NCBI GenBank assembly: GCA_002269645.1
Contig: NIVC01002691.1
Location: 28,555-92,554, forward strand
Source of the DNA: Macrostomum lignano
Lineage: Eukaryota
DNA: 64,000 nucleotides
Direction: 5' to 3'
In this document: positions 48,801-61,160 of the stretch, piece after piece
Layout: each line of letters opens with the position of its first letter
How positions within the stretch are numbered: position 1 is the first letter of the stretch
Position numbers and translations under genes: made by a program
The notes under the pieces: generated by a model
Seen by the model: the letters and a program-made list of their open reading frames with translations, nothing else
Told to the model about the DNA's origin: nothing
Database searches by the model: none

Positions 48801-49597
48801 TGTCACTTCCGGTTTATGAGTCTTTATTAGTGTCACTTCCGGTTTATCAGTCTATTATTTTGTCACTTCCGGTTTTTGAGGTTTAATTAGTGTCACTTCC
48901 AGTTTATGAGTCTTTATTAGTGCCATTTCCGTTTTATGAGGCTTTATTAGTGTCACTTCCAGTTTATGAGTCTTTATTATTTTGTCACTTCCGGTTATGA
49001 GGCCTAATTAGTGTCACTTCCGGTTTGACTATTAGTGTTACTTCCAGTTCATAAGACTAATTAGTGTCACTTCCGGTAAAACTGTCTTTCCTCTCACTGC
49101 AGGTCGCCAACAGCAAACCTGCCGATTTAACCGCTTTGGTTCGTTCTACCGTTACCAAGGCAACCGGGATCTCTCCCCTACGCTTAGCTCAGATATCCGT
49201 TGCTAAGGACGTCAACGCCAGCCTTAGCCAGGTGTGGCTGACCCTGCTGGGGCCGCCTACAAACGCTAGCAGTTCCGCCGGCGCCGCCAAGCCTTTGACG
49301 CTCGATGCCAGCTTGAAGAAACTGCTGCTTGCCGCCTCTGCCAGTGGATTGGATTTCAAGGTCGGCGACTGGCCCGTTGCCAGCCTGGAGCTGGGCAGCA
49401 ACGCTACCGACACTGCTGGTCGCGGTGGCGGAGGCGGCGGCGGCGGCAGCACGGTGTACATTCACGACGGTCACTCTGGCGGAGCCATGGCTGCCCTGGC
49501 CTTCTTCATGCTGCTGCTTGGCGGCGGTGGCGGCGTCCTTGGCGCCTGGTGCGTCTGGAAGCGGCGGCCAAACATGCCGTACTATGTGCAGGATTGA
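45857..49597 (+). CDS. Type-I membrane glycoprotein with ependymin/LolA-like motifs, ~634 aa, join(45857..46462, 46953..47471, 47865..48149, 49103..49597), copy 1
   Basis: Signal peptide MAMLHHLLFSLLAGAALMQLVLA; many N-x-S/T sequons; three phase-0 GT-AG introns giving one frame; TM AMAALAFFMLLLGGGGGVLGAWCVW; tail KRRPNMPYYVQD. The fold assignment is inference. Confidence 0.8.
46500..46885. repeat. Degenerate repeats of an AAAAGGGCCGTTTT motif in intron 1 (also at 53316-53701)
   Basis: About ten imperfect motif copies at irregular ~35-60-bp spacing. Confidence 0.75.
47480..47709 (-). mobile_element. tRNA-derived SINE in intron 2, copy 1
   Basis: A box TAGCCTAGTGG, B box GGTTCGATTC, core GTGTCCTTGAGCAAGACACTT and GTGTAAAATGGGTGCC; an independent homolog lies at 62014-62158. 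Confidence 0.85.
48150..49075. repeat. 30/32-bp minisatellite filling intron 3 (TGTGTCACTTCCGGTTTATGAGGCTGCATTAG), copy 1
   Basis: Direct periodicity starting at the donor and degenerating toward the acceptor. Confidence 0.93.
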
Positions 49598-49999
49598 TGT
49601 ACTATGTGCAGGATTGATGTACTATGTGCAGGATTGATGTACTATGTGCAGGATTGATGTACTATGTGCAGGATTGATGTACTATGTGCAGGATTGATGT
49701 ACTATGTGCAGGATTGATGTACTATGTGCAGGATTGATGTACTATGTGCAGGATTGATGTACTATGTGCAGGATTGATGTACTATGTGCAGGATTGATGT
49801 ACTATGTGCAGGATTGATGTACTATGTGCAGGATTGATGTACTATGTGCAGGATTGATGTACTATGTGCAGGATTGATGTACTATGTGCAGGATTGATGT
49901 ACTATGTGCAGGATTGATGTACTATGTGCAGGATTGATGTACTATGTGCAGGATTGATGTACTATGTGCAGGATTGATGTACTATGTGCAGGATTGATG
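49580..49999 (+). repeat. Perfect 20-bp VNTR (TACTATGTGCAGGATTGATG) x21 containing the gene's last five codons and stop
   Basis: The first unit encodes YYVQD*; 420 bp equals 21 units. Confidence 0.95.
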
Positions 50000-50114
50000 T
50001 CAGCGGGGCAGGGATTGACTGACTCGGTGATGTAGAGAATAATCTGGTGGGGAAGTTGCGTTTTAGTCTCTCAGTGAGTTTTGGGATTCCAGTGGGTTTA
50101 TTTTTTATAAAGAT

Positions 50115-50545
50115 GGGATTCAGTGAGTTTATGGTTTTAGGTAATGGGATTCAGTGAGTTTATGGTTTTAGGTAATGGGATTTCAGTGAGTTTATGGTTT
50201 TAGGTAATGGGATTCAGTGAGTTTATGGTTTTAGGTAATGGGATTTCAGTGAGTTTATGATTTTAGGTAATGGGATTTCAGTGAGTTTATGGTTTTAGGT
50301 AATGAGATTTCAGTGAGTTTATGGTTTTAGGTAATGGGATTTCAGTGAGTTTATGGTTTTAGGTAATGGGATTCAGTGAGTTTATGGTTTTAGGTAATGG
50401 GATTTCAGTGAGTTTATGATTTTAGGTAATGGGATTTCAGTGAGTTTATGATTTTAGGTAATGGGATTCAGTGAGTTTATGGTTTTAGTTAATGGGATTT
50501 CAGTGAGTTTATGATTTTAGGTAATGGGATTCAGTGAGTTTATGG
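50115..50545. repeat. 31/32-bp minisatellite (GGGATT[T]CAGTGAGTTTATGGTTTTAGGTAAT), ~13 units, ending at the duplication junction
   Basis: Direct tandem periodicity. Confidence 0.93.
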
Positions 50546-50867
50546 ATATTTTTTCTTTATTTTTTATAGTTTTTGTTAATGGATAAATACTAAAAATAAT
50601 AGATTCATAGAATGATTAATAATTTTCAGTAGATAGATTGTCAATTGTCAACTAGTGAAACTATTAATCAATTAGTAGTCCTACATATAGATCTTAAGCA
50701 ACAATAATCAATAATTATAGTTGTAAATACCAATAAGCCAGTCATGGTTTTGGTAATATACTGCAATACAGTGTTAGGCACCATTACTAAAAATCTTAAC
50801 TTCTATTAATGTCAAAAGCATTAACATTAAAACAAAAAATGTTAGCTTATCAAATCTTAGTTTCATT

Positions 50868-51411
50868 AGAGTCCAGGTAAGGTACACCGTTTGAGGAGAG
50901 TCAGGAAAATGAAAGCAAAGGCAAACATTCCCATTTTATCTTTGATAATACAAAATTATGAAATTATAATTTATTAGTCAATTTACGCGCGACATGTTTC
51001 GCCGAACACCCGGCATCTTCAGGCAAGGCAATAATATATTTTCAGAGAGATAGTAAATTGTTTAAAGTCTAGTTGGCCAAAAAGATTGTAAGAATAGGTA
51101 ACTGAGTTAGATGGCCCTAAATAAGAGGCAAGTGCATGGGGTCAGAACACCTTTAGATGGACACTCGCCCCTCTACTACCAAGTTGGATGTTCATGATGG
51201 GCTTTAGCTGTTTAATGTACAACGCCTCAAGAGTAGACAACTTCAAACTCTGGTGATTACAATCAATAATTTCAAATTTCTCAGCATTTCTAACTTTAGC
51301 ACATTGATTGCACATCAGGAGGTGGTTGTACACAGTGCTAGCTCTTATACAATGCTCCTTTACCCTTGTGTGTAGGTTACCTATACTGCTCAATGCTTTC
51401 ATTTTCCTGAC
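50868..51411 (-). mobile_element. Penelope-like element 3' fragment, copy 2
   Basis: Matches 44052-44595 at +6816. Confidence 0.82.
50981..51031 (-). ncRNA. Putative minimal hammerhead ribozyme, copy 2
   Basis: Matches 44165-44215. Confidence 0.6.
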
Positions 51412-52672
51412 TTAGTTTCATTTAGTTAACTGAAAGTTAACTAATAATAATTAATAAACAATAGTCTATTATAGTTAACATAGAAAATATAGAAATCTTG
51501 CACTTTTTATAAAACAGATTTCATAATGCACTGTATTTGCTTTTCTATATTTTTAGCAAAACACAAAAAGTCATTCAAGCAATTTACAAGCTAAAAAATA
51601 CTAATTGTAAAAACTTGTATACATCTAAATAGGCCTATACTAAATCTAAATATACTAAATCTCTAATATTTGTATGTCCATAATGCTCTAGAGATTGCAA
51701 TTCTTCACCGATTTTGATCGTGTTTTCGCCAAAAGATTCAAAATAATACTACTAAAAGTAAGCATACAATAAAGAAGTACCTTATTTATTTTAAATTGAA
51801 AGCTAATTAGTTAATAATAAGATATTAATATGAAGGTTGTTTTAGTAGCATTAGCAGGTGAAGCAGAAAGTTACAAAAAATTAGGAAAGAAGTGAATCAA
51901 AGCAATAAATGGATGCTCACAATTGAGCAGTGTGAGCAATAAACTTCACAATTTTAATTAATTATTAAAGTTTATTAATAAAATGTTGTTACATTTGCAC
52001 GATCATCATCATAAACAAAAAGATTAATCAGGCACTTAGGTAAATTCAGATACATTCATAATGTTGTAACTTCTTTTTAAAATCTTTTTCTTTGTCTTTG
52101 GTCATTGACATTGTCATTAATGTTAACAATAAATTTGTTCTTAACTTACAAAATTATTAATAAAATTTTGTTAATCTATTAGTGTAAAAAATCTTAATGG
52201 TAGTCTGTTAATTCTAATAAAATTATTAACACTTATTAAGGCTTATTAAAGGATTAACACTTATTAATAGACTGGTGCCCAACACTGCTGCAACAATTAA
52301 GTTGCATGACTGCTTGAGTTATGAGTCTGCTGTATCTGTCTATCTTCTACTCAACTAATAGTTAGACTCTGTGCTATAGATAAATCAATTAGCTACATCA
52401 TTGTACTCATATTTGAACTGCAAATTTAAAAGAAATCGTTAATTGTGCAAAAGTAAACAATCAAAAATTTGCACCCAGGATGCCAGATGACATTGTGATT
52501 CTGATTGCTTTTTAACCCAGTTACAAACCTATTGATTAAAAGTACATCAGCTCATTGAAATCTTGCATTGTCTGTAAGATAAGTATTGATATACTTGTTT
52601 ACACTATATTAATGCTAAACATTTCAGAGAATATTAAAATCTGCTGAGTAACATTAATCAAGCTGCAAAATA

Positions 52673-55600
52673 ATGGCAATGTTACACCACTTGCTGTTTT
52701 CACTTTTGGCTGGCGCTGCTCTGATGCAGCTGGTGCTGGCGAATCCACTTGACTCGGCAAGCCTGCCTGCTGGCTGTCCACCAGCTGGCTCGCAGCCCAC
52801 CATTATGCCTGGCACACTGCCAAACAGCACCGCCTATCTTGACTATGTCCTAGCCGAGACAGGTCAACGAGTGCAGTTTTATTACAATCAAAGTCTCGGC
52901 TTGGCCGCTCAGCTAGTTAGAAATTCAGCTAGCGACACTGCCGGCCCTGATGAATACCAGCTTTATGACCATGCTCACGGTCAAGATGTGAGCCATATGC
53001 TCAACTGGCCAACTGGCCGGTGCAATGTCAGCAATGCTACTGGCCTGAGTGACTCGCTGGCCGAAATTCGCAATACTGTCTTTTTGAATAGTAGCGCCTC
53101 CCCCTGTCTGCTGCTGCTGCTGGCTCCTGAACTGGCTGACGCTCATAACCACAGCGGCAAAGGTGGGCAGCCGCTGAGCACTCTGGCCTGGGAGAACAAC
53201 ACCGCCTGTTTCAATGGGACCAAAGCGCATGATGGCCAAGTCTGGCGAGTCAAAATTCAGCTTTTCGGAGATGCTAAGGTGAAGCTTTTGTGTTAAATAT
53301 TCATTTTGCTTGGTGTTAAAAAGGGCCGTTTTACATCAACTGGATGTTTTTAAAAAGGCGGTTTAACCCGCATCGAATATATGTTTTCAAAAAAGGCCGT
53401 TTTATTCGCTATCGAATAGGTGTTCTAAAAGGGCCGTTTTACAGATACTAAGTAAATCTTTTGCGTTATATAATCATTTTGCTTGGTGTTTTAAAAAGGG
53501 CCGTTTTACCACCATTAAATAGGTGTTTAAAAAAACCGTTTTACATCTACTGAATGTTTTTTAATAGGTGTTCTCAAAAGGGCCGTTTTGTTCTTATCAA
53601 ATAGAAGTTCTAAAAAGACGATTTTACCGTATTGACTAGTGGGTGTTCTAAAAGGGCTGTTTTGGCCTATCAAATAGGTGTTCTGAAAAGGGCCGTTTAA
53701 ATCGCTAACAGTTTCAGGTGTTTAAATTTCCAAGAGTGACCTAGGTGATTTTTGCACTCACCCCACAGGCCGATGTGTCGAGCGTTACCTTCGAACTGCT
53801 CTCGCCACCAACAAAGGAGAATGCCACGTCGTGGACTGTGTCGGAGCGTCGCACCTATCGATTCTTGGCCAGCCAGCGTGGCGCGCCTCCGCCAGGCGCG
53901 ATTTCAGCTCTGGCCAACCCGCCATCGTTTGTAGCCTGCGGCGCCGCCCGCGAACGGGACAGCCGGCCACCAGCTGTGCCAAATTCCATGCTTAAGAATC
54001 TTCGCCTAGCAACCACCGATAAAAGTTCTGCTTTAGTTGTCGAGGATTGCGCCGCCAGCGCACTCGAATTGGCGCCTCAGATTGGCGCCAGGCTGCGCCA
54101 ATTCTATGGCCCGAACCGCTTGAGACTGGTTGCCGACCGAGCTCTGGCTGGGGTTGAATTTGTGCAAGATTTGGAGGCCGGAAATTGCAGTTTGGATTGG
54201 GTGGACAAGTCCGCACTTGGGGGGCCGCTGCCATTCAATTTGAGCGCTGACGGCTGGCTGTGGACTGGGGAAAGCGCCGAGTTTCAGGTGATTTTGTTAT
54301 TAATGTGCGCACGGCTGTTCAGTCCAAGGACTGGGGAGGAGGGGGGTCGCCACACACACCCTCAATTACCCCAGCTAATGCTGGCACCCATTTTACACCT
54401 GGGGTAAACTGAAGCAATGTAGAGTATCTTAAGTGTCTTGCTCAAGGACACAAATTGTTCCGAGTGGTCGAGAATCGAACCCCCGACCTTCCAGTCGTGA
54501 GTCCGACCCTCTAACCACTAGGCTAGAACCCGTTCTAACCTAACCTAAGGTATTAGATTAAATAAATTTAATCTTTCAACTGCTACTATTGCAAACTTTT
54601 CCTCTGTGTATTTTCAACTATTGAATTTGTCTTTGGTTATTCATCCGAAATTGAAGATATTCTAACAAATAAATCAACAGGGTCGCCAAGGCTGCCGCCG
54701 TTACCTGCGATTGGCTGCGAATTCCCTAATAGACTACGAAGTGTACTTTTGCGGCGGCACAAACTTTACCAATCTGGTAGGCTACAGTCGGCGGCGTCGT
54801 CATGGCAGCAACCACTCGGCGGTTGAAGTGGCCAACTATCTGGTGACAGAGATTGATAGCGCCACCGAGCGGCCCATTGAATACGACTTGACCGCCTGCG
54901 CTTTGCTGCCTGGCGGAGGCGGCGCCAAACGGCTGTTGATGCGGGTTTTGGCCGCCTATCATGTGGTGTGTGTCACTTCCGGTTTATGAGGCTTAAATAG
55001 TGTGTCACTTCCGGTTTATGAGGCTGCATTAGTGTGTCACTTCCGGTTTATGAGGCTGCATTAGTGTGTCACTTCCGGTTTATGAGGCTGCATTAGTGTG
55101 TCATTTCCGGTTTATGAGGCTTTTTTAGTGTGTCACTTCCGGTTTATGAGGCTTTTTTAGTGCGTCACCCGGTTTATGAGACTGCATTAGTGTGTCACTT
55201 CCGGTTTATGAGGCTGCATTAGTGTGTCACTTCCGGTTTATGAGGCTGCATTAGTGTGTCACCCGGTTTATGAGGCTGCATTAATGTGTCACCCGGTTTA
55301 TGAGGCTGCATTAGTGTGTCACCCGGTTTATGAGGTTGCATTAGTGTGTCACTTCCGGTTTATGAGGCTGCATTAGTGTGTCACCCGGTTTATGAGGCTG
55401 CATTAGTGTGTCACCCGGTTTATGAGGCTGCATTAGTGTGTCACCCGGTTTATGAGGCTGCATTAGTGTGTCACCCGGTTTATGAGGCTGCATTAGTGTG
55501 TCACCCGGTTTATGAGGCTGCATTAGTGTGTCACCCGGTTTATGAGGCTGCATTAGTGTGTCACCCGGTTTATGAGTCTATTATTTTGTGACTTCCGGTT

Positions 55601-56413
55601 TATGAGGCTTAATTAGTGTCACTTCCGGTTTATGAGTCTTTATTAGTGTCACTTCCGGTTTATCAGTCTATTATTTTGTCACTTCCGGTTTTTGAGGTTT
55701 AATTAGTGTCACTTCCAGTTTATGAGTCTTTATTAGTGCCATTTCCGTTTTATGAGGCTTTATTAGTGTCACTTCCAGTTTATGAGTCTTTATTATTTTG
55801 TCACTTCCGGTTATGAGGCCTAATTAGTGTCACTTCCGGTTTGACTATTAGTGTTACTTCCAGTTCATAAGACTAATTAGTGTCACTTCCGGTAAAACTG
55901 TCTTTCCTCTCACTGCAGGTCGCCAACAGCAAACCTGCCGATTTAACCGCTTTGGTTCGTTCTACCGTTACCAAGGCAACCGGGATCTCTCCCCTACGCT
56001 TAGCTCAGATATCCGTTGCTAAGGACGTCAACGCCAGCCTTAGCCAGGTGTGGCTGACCCTGCTGGGGCCGCCTACAAACGCTAGCAGTTCCGCCGGCGC
56101 CGCCAAGCCTTTGACGCTCGATGCCAGCTTGAAGAAACTGCTGCTTGCCGCCTCTGCCAGTGGATTGGATTTCAAGGTCGGCGACTGGCCCGTTGCCAGC
56201 CTGGAGCTGGGCAGCAACGCTACCGACACTGCTGGTCGCGGTGGCGGAGGCGGCGGCGGCGGCAGCACGGTGTACATTCACGACGGTCACTCTGGCGGAG
56301 CCATGGCTGCCCTGGCCTTCTTCATGCTGCTGCTTGGCGGCGGTGGCGGCGTCCTTGGCGCCTGGTGCGTCTGGAAGCGGCGGCCAAACATGCCGTACTA
56401 TGTGCAGGATTGA
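52673..56413 (+). CDS. Type-I membrane glycoprotein with ependymin/LolA-like motifs, copy 2, join(52673..53278, 53769..54287, 54681..54965, 55919..56413)
   Basis: Exon translations in the ORF track are identical to copy 1. Confidence 0.8.
54296..54525 (-). mobile_element. tRNA-derived SINE, copy 2
   Basis: Matches 47480-47709. Confidence 0.85.
54966..55891. repeat. 30/32-bp intron 3 minisatellite, copy 2
   Basis: Matches 48150-49075. Confidence 0.93.
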
Positions 56414-56635
56414 TGTACTATGTGCAGGATTGATGTACTATGTGCAGGATTGATGTACTATGTGCAGGATTGATGTACTATGTGCAGGATTGATGTACTA
56501 TGTGCAGGATTGATGTACTATGTGCAGGATTGATGTACTATGTGCAGGATTGATGTACTATGTGCAGGATTGATGTACTATGTGCAGGATTGATGTACTA
56601 TGTGCAGGATTGATGTACTATGTGCAGGATTGATG
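56396..56635 (+). repeat. Perfect 20-bp stop-codon VNTR x12, copy 2
   Basis: 240 bp equals 12 units; the downstream offset to copy 1 drops from 6816 to 6636. Confidence 0.95.
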
Positions 56636-56750
56636 TCAGCGGGGCAGGGATTGACTGACTCGGTGATGTAGAGAATAATCTGGTGGGGAAGTTGCGTTTT
56701 AGTCTCTCAGTGAGTTTTGGGATTCCAGTGGGTTTATTTTTTATAAAGAT

Positions 56751-58325
56751 GGGATTCAGTGAGTTTATGGTTTTAGGTAATGGGATTCAGTGAGTTTATG
56801 GTTTTAGGTAATGGGATTCAGTGAGTTTATGGTTTTAGGTAATGGGATTTCAGTGAGTGTATGGTTTTAGGTAATGGGATTTCAGTGAGTGTATGGTTTT
56901 AGGTAATGGGATTTCAGTGAGTGTATGGTTTTAGGTAATGGGATTTCAGAGAGTGTATGGTTTTAGGTAATGGGATTTCAGAGAGTGTATGGTTTTAGGT
57001 AATGGGATTCAGTGAGTTTATGGTTTTAGGTAATGGGATTTCAGAGAGTGTATGGTTTTAGGTAATGGGATTTCAGTGAGTGTATGGTTTTAGGTAATGG
57101 GATTTCAGTGAGTGTATGGTTTTAGGTAATGGGATTTCAGAGAGTGTATGGTTTTAGGTAATGGGATTCAGTGAGTGTATGGTTTTAGGTAATGGGATTC
57201 AGTGAGTTTATGGTTTTAGGTAATGGGATTTCAGTGAGTGTATGGTTTTAGGTAATGGGATTTCAGTGAGTGTATGGTTTTAGGTAATGGGATTTCAGTG
57301 AGTGTATGGTTTTAGGTAATGGGATTTCAGTGAGTGTATGGTTTTAGGTAATGGGATTTCAGTGAGTGTATGGTTTTAGGTAATGGGATTTCAGTGAGTG
57401 TATGGTTTTAGGTAATGGGATTTCAGTGAGTGTATGGTTTTAGGTAATGGGATTTCAGTGAGTGTATGGTTTTAGGTAATGGGATTTCAGTGAGTGTATG
57501 GTTTTAGGTAATGGGATTCAGTGAGTTTATGGTTTTAGGTAATGGGATTTCAGTGAGTGTATGGTTTTAGGTAATGGGATTTCAGTGAGTGTATGGTTTT
57601 AGGTAATGGGATTCAGTGAGTTTATGGTTTTAGGTAATGGGATTTCAGTGAGTGTATGGTTTTAGGTAATGGGATTTCAGTGAGTGTATGGTTTTAGGTA
57701 ATGGGATTTCAGTGAGTGTATGGTTTTAGGTAATGGGATTTCAGTGAGTGTATGGTTTTAGGTAATGGGATTTCAGTGAGTGTATGGTTTTAGGTAATGG
57801 GATTTCAGTGAGTGTATGGTTTTAGGTAATGGGATTTCAGTGAGTGTATGGTTTTAGGTAATGGGATTTCAGTGAGTGTATGGTTTTAGGTAATGGGATT
57901 CAGTGAGTTTATGGTTTTAGGTAATGGGATTTCAGTGAGTGTATGGTTTTAGGTAATGGGATTTCAGTGAGTGTATGGTTTTAGGTAATGGGATTTCAGT
58001 GAGTGTATGGTTTTAGGTAATGGGATTTCAGTGAGTGTATGGTTTTAGGTAATGGGATTCAGTGAGTTTATGGTTTTAGGTAATGGGATTTCAGTGAGTG
58101 TATGGTTTTAGGTAATGGGATTTCAGTGAGTGTATGGTTTTAGGTAATGGGATTTCAGTGAGTTTATGGTTTTAGGTAATGGGATTTCAGTGAGTGTATG
58201 GTTTTAGGTAATGGGATTTCAGTGAGTGTATGGTTTTAGGTAATGGGATTTCAGTGAGTGTATGGTTTTAGGTAATGGGATTTCAGTGAGTTTTTGGTTT
58301 TAGGTAATGGAATTTCAGTGAGTTT
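56751..58325. repeat. 31/32-bp minisatellite, ~49 units, mostly the GAGTGTATG variant
   Basis: Direct tandem periodicity. Confidence 0.95.
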
Positions 58326-59139
58326 AGTTCCGGTCTTATTTTTGAGATTCTTGAAATGAGGATCTGTCAACGAGAACTGTTTTAATCAAAATAATTAACA
58401 ACTGTCGCACGCTAACGCCAACCCTTCGTATTATTCTTATTTATAATGCTTTTCATGTTCACAGAAACTATATTTCTCATTTTCTGGTGAGCAGATTTTT
58501 GAATTCCATGAAAAATATTATTGTACATCCAGCCAGCGCTTCTATTGCTGTATTGCATTGTAAATTATTCTGTCTAAACTGACAATAATCCCGACGCGTT
58601 TTAATCAAAAATCCCAAAATCCCATTTTTGTGTCTATTATTCGTTAAAGTACTCGTATTTTCTATTACTGACTATCCTTTACTACTTACTTCGATGCGAT
58701 GCGAGTAGTATAGCCATTCAGTTTGGTGGCGTATTAATTCCTTTATTTTCACAGCTGATCGCTTAACCAGACTACTGACATTTCTTTTTTCTGCAGTAGT
58801 ATCAAAGGCGTTGGCGTCCATCTCGTCAGTCTATATTATTTTTCTTTTTTGTATTTAGTCTACCAAATCTATCAATATTTTGTGTTTATCCAGAGTAGGA
58901 AGGAGTGTTGGCTTTTGTTTTAATGTTGTTTTTTTCCCCAAGTCATTTATTTATTTACTGTAAACTCGCACCCGCTTTAACAAAATAAAATAGGTCGTGT
59001 GTCTGCTGCACCAAAACGAATCCAGCAGTTCTACTTTAATCGGCTATTTACCAGCTCATGATTAGTTGAATCGTTGCTGTTTTCAATTTCAATTTTGTTT
59101 TTCCTTTATGTCCGTCTTGCATGGTTCACAATTTTGCTC

Positions 59140-60045
59140 ACTGCCGCTCTCTCCGTAGCCTTTTCCGCTCTCTCCCTGTTTATTTTCGCTCTCTCCCTGT
59201 TTCTTCCGCTCTCTCCCCGTTCCTTTCCGCTCTCTCCCTGTTTCTTTCCGCTCTCTCCCTGTCCCTTTCCGCTCTCTCCCTGTTTCTTTCGCTCTCTTCC
59301 TAGACTTCCGGTCTCTCCATGTCCCTTTCCGCTCTCTCTCTGTTTCTTTCCGCTCTCTCCCTGTTTCTTTCCGCTCTCTCCCCGTTCCTTTCCGCTCTCT
59401 CCCTGTTTCTTTCCGCTCTCTCCCTGTTTCTTTCCGCTCTCTCCCTGTCCCTTTCCGCTCTCTCCCTGTCCCTTTCCGCTCTCTCCCTGTCCCTTTCCGC
59501 TCTCTCCCTGTTTCTTTCCGCTCTCTCCCTGTTTCTTTCTCTCTGTCCCTTTCCGCTCTCTCCCTGTTTCTTTCCGCTCTCTCCCTGTTTCTTTCCGCTC
59601 TCTTCCTAGACTTCCGGTCTCTCCATGTCCCTTTCCGCTCTCTCTCTCTGTTTCTTTCCGCTCTCTTCCTAGACTTCCGGTCTCTCCATGTCCCTTTCCG
59701 CTCTCTCTCTCTGTTTCTTTCCGCTCTCTTCCTAGACTTCCGGTCTCTCCATGTCCCTTTCCGCTCTCTCCCTGTCCCTTTCCGCTCTCTCCCTGTCCCT
59801 TTCCACTCTCTCCGTCCCTTTCCGCTCTCTCCCTGTCCCTTTCCGCTCTCTCCCTGTCCCTTTCCGCTCTCTCCCTGTCCCTTTCCGCTCTCTCCCTGTC
59901 CCTTTCCGCTCTCTCCCTGTCCCTTTCCGCTCTCTCCCTGTCCCTTTCCGCTCTCTCCCTGTCCCTTTCCACTCTCTCCGTCCCTTTCCGCTCTCTCCAT
60001 GTCCCTTTCCGCTCTCTCCCTGTCCCTTTCCGCTCTCTCCCTAGC
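59140..60045. repeat. ~21-bp pyrimidine-rich minisatellite (CCCTTTCCGCTCTCTCCCTGT)
   Basis: Direct periodicity with indel variants. Confidence 0.92.
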
Positions 60046-60499
60046 CTTTTCGGCTCTCGTCTTGCCCTTTTCTACCTCTACAGTCAGAGGGAAATTTTGC
60101 ACTTTTATTCTGTCTGCAGTCTTTTCTTGGCCGTCGGCTAATGAAATTGAGTTCACGGTAGGCAATGCAGATATTTCGATATTAGATTCGGCATCGGCTA
60201 CGGTTTAGCAGTTTCACGGTTTCATAGAATTGCAGCTGGCCTTGCTAGTTAATAAAGCTGATTAACTGTCTCTTTGTGGTCTGATTCTTCTGAAAGGTTA
60301 GAATAGCTGATAATACAATTAATTATTCTCCGTGTAGCTAATCCTGGATTCAGCCTGACTAGAATTTGTGTCTCCCCTAATTGCATCAAGGAATTCCCCC
60401 AATTCATTAAGAAGACTTCGAGATTCTTCAGAGATCGAACAAAAGAACGCCTTTGGCTAGTCAGGGTATGGCTCTCTCCAGGCTCAATGGGCTGAAACG

Positions 60500-61160
60500 A
60501 CAAGCAGACAGACACTAAGACAGACAAGCAGACAGACACTAAGACAGACAAGCAGACAGACACTAAGACAGACAAGCAGAGACACTAAGACAGACAAGCA
60601 GACAGACACTAAGACAGACAAGCAGAGACACTAAGACAGACAAGCAGACAGACACTAAGACAGACAAACAGACAGACAGACAAGCAGACAGACACTAAGA
60701 CAGACAAGCAGACAGACACTAAGACAGAAAAGCAGAGACACTAAGACAGACAAGCAGACAGACAAGCAGACAGACACTAAGACAGACAAGCAGACAGACA
60801 CTAAGACAGACAAGCAGAGACACTAAGACAGACAAGCAGACAGACACTAAGACAGACAAACAGACAAGCAGACAGACACCAAGACAGACAAACAGGCAAG
60901 CAAACAGACAAGCAAACAGACAGACAGACAGCCAGACAGCCAGACAGATGGGCAAATAGGCAGACAAACAGACAGACAGGCAGGCAGACAGACAGACAGC
61001 CAGACAGCCAGACAGATGGGCAAATAGGCAGACAAACAGACAGACAGGCAGGCAGACAGACAGAGAGACAGACAGACAGACAGACGGGCAAATAGGCAGA
61101 CAGACAGACGGGTAAATAGGCAGACAGACAGAGAGACAGGCAGACAGACAGACAGACACA
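60500..61160. repeat. 24-bp minisatellite (CAGACAGACACTAAGACAGACAAG) decaying into (CAGA)n
   Basis: Direct periodicity. Confidence 0.9.

Larger units (their letters stand above)
43730..58325. repeat. Tandem segmental duplication: copy 1 43730-50545, copy 2 50546-~58325 (offset 6816 bp)
   Basis: All ORFs recur at +6816. The junction at 50545/50546 joins the 31/32-bp array to the sequence starting at 43730. Confidence 0.95.

Noticed and set aside
58690-58920. Coding-looking stretch on the - strand ending in a GTAAGT donor
   Set aside because: Contains in-frame stops and no recognisable motif; it cannot be supported without a homology search.
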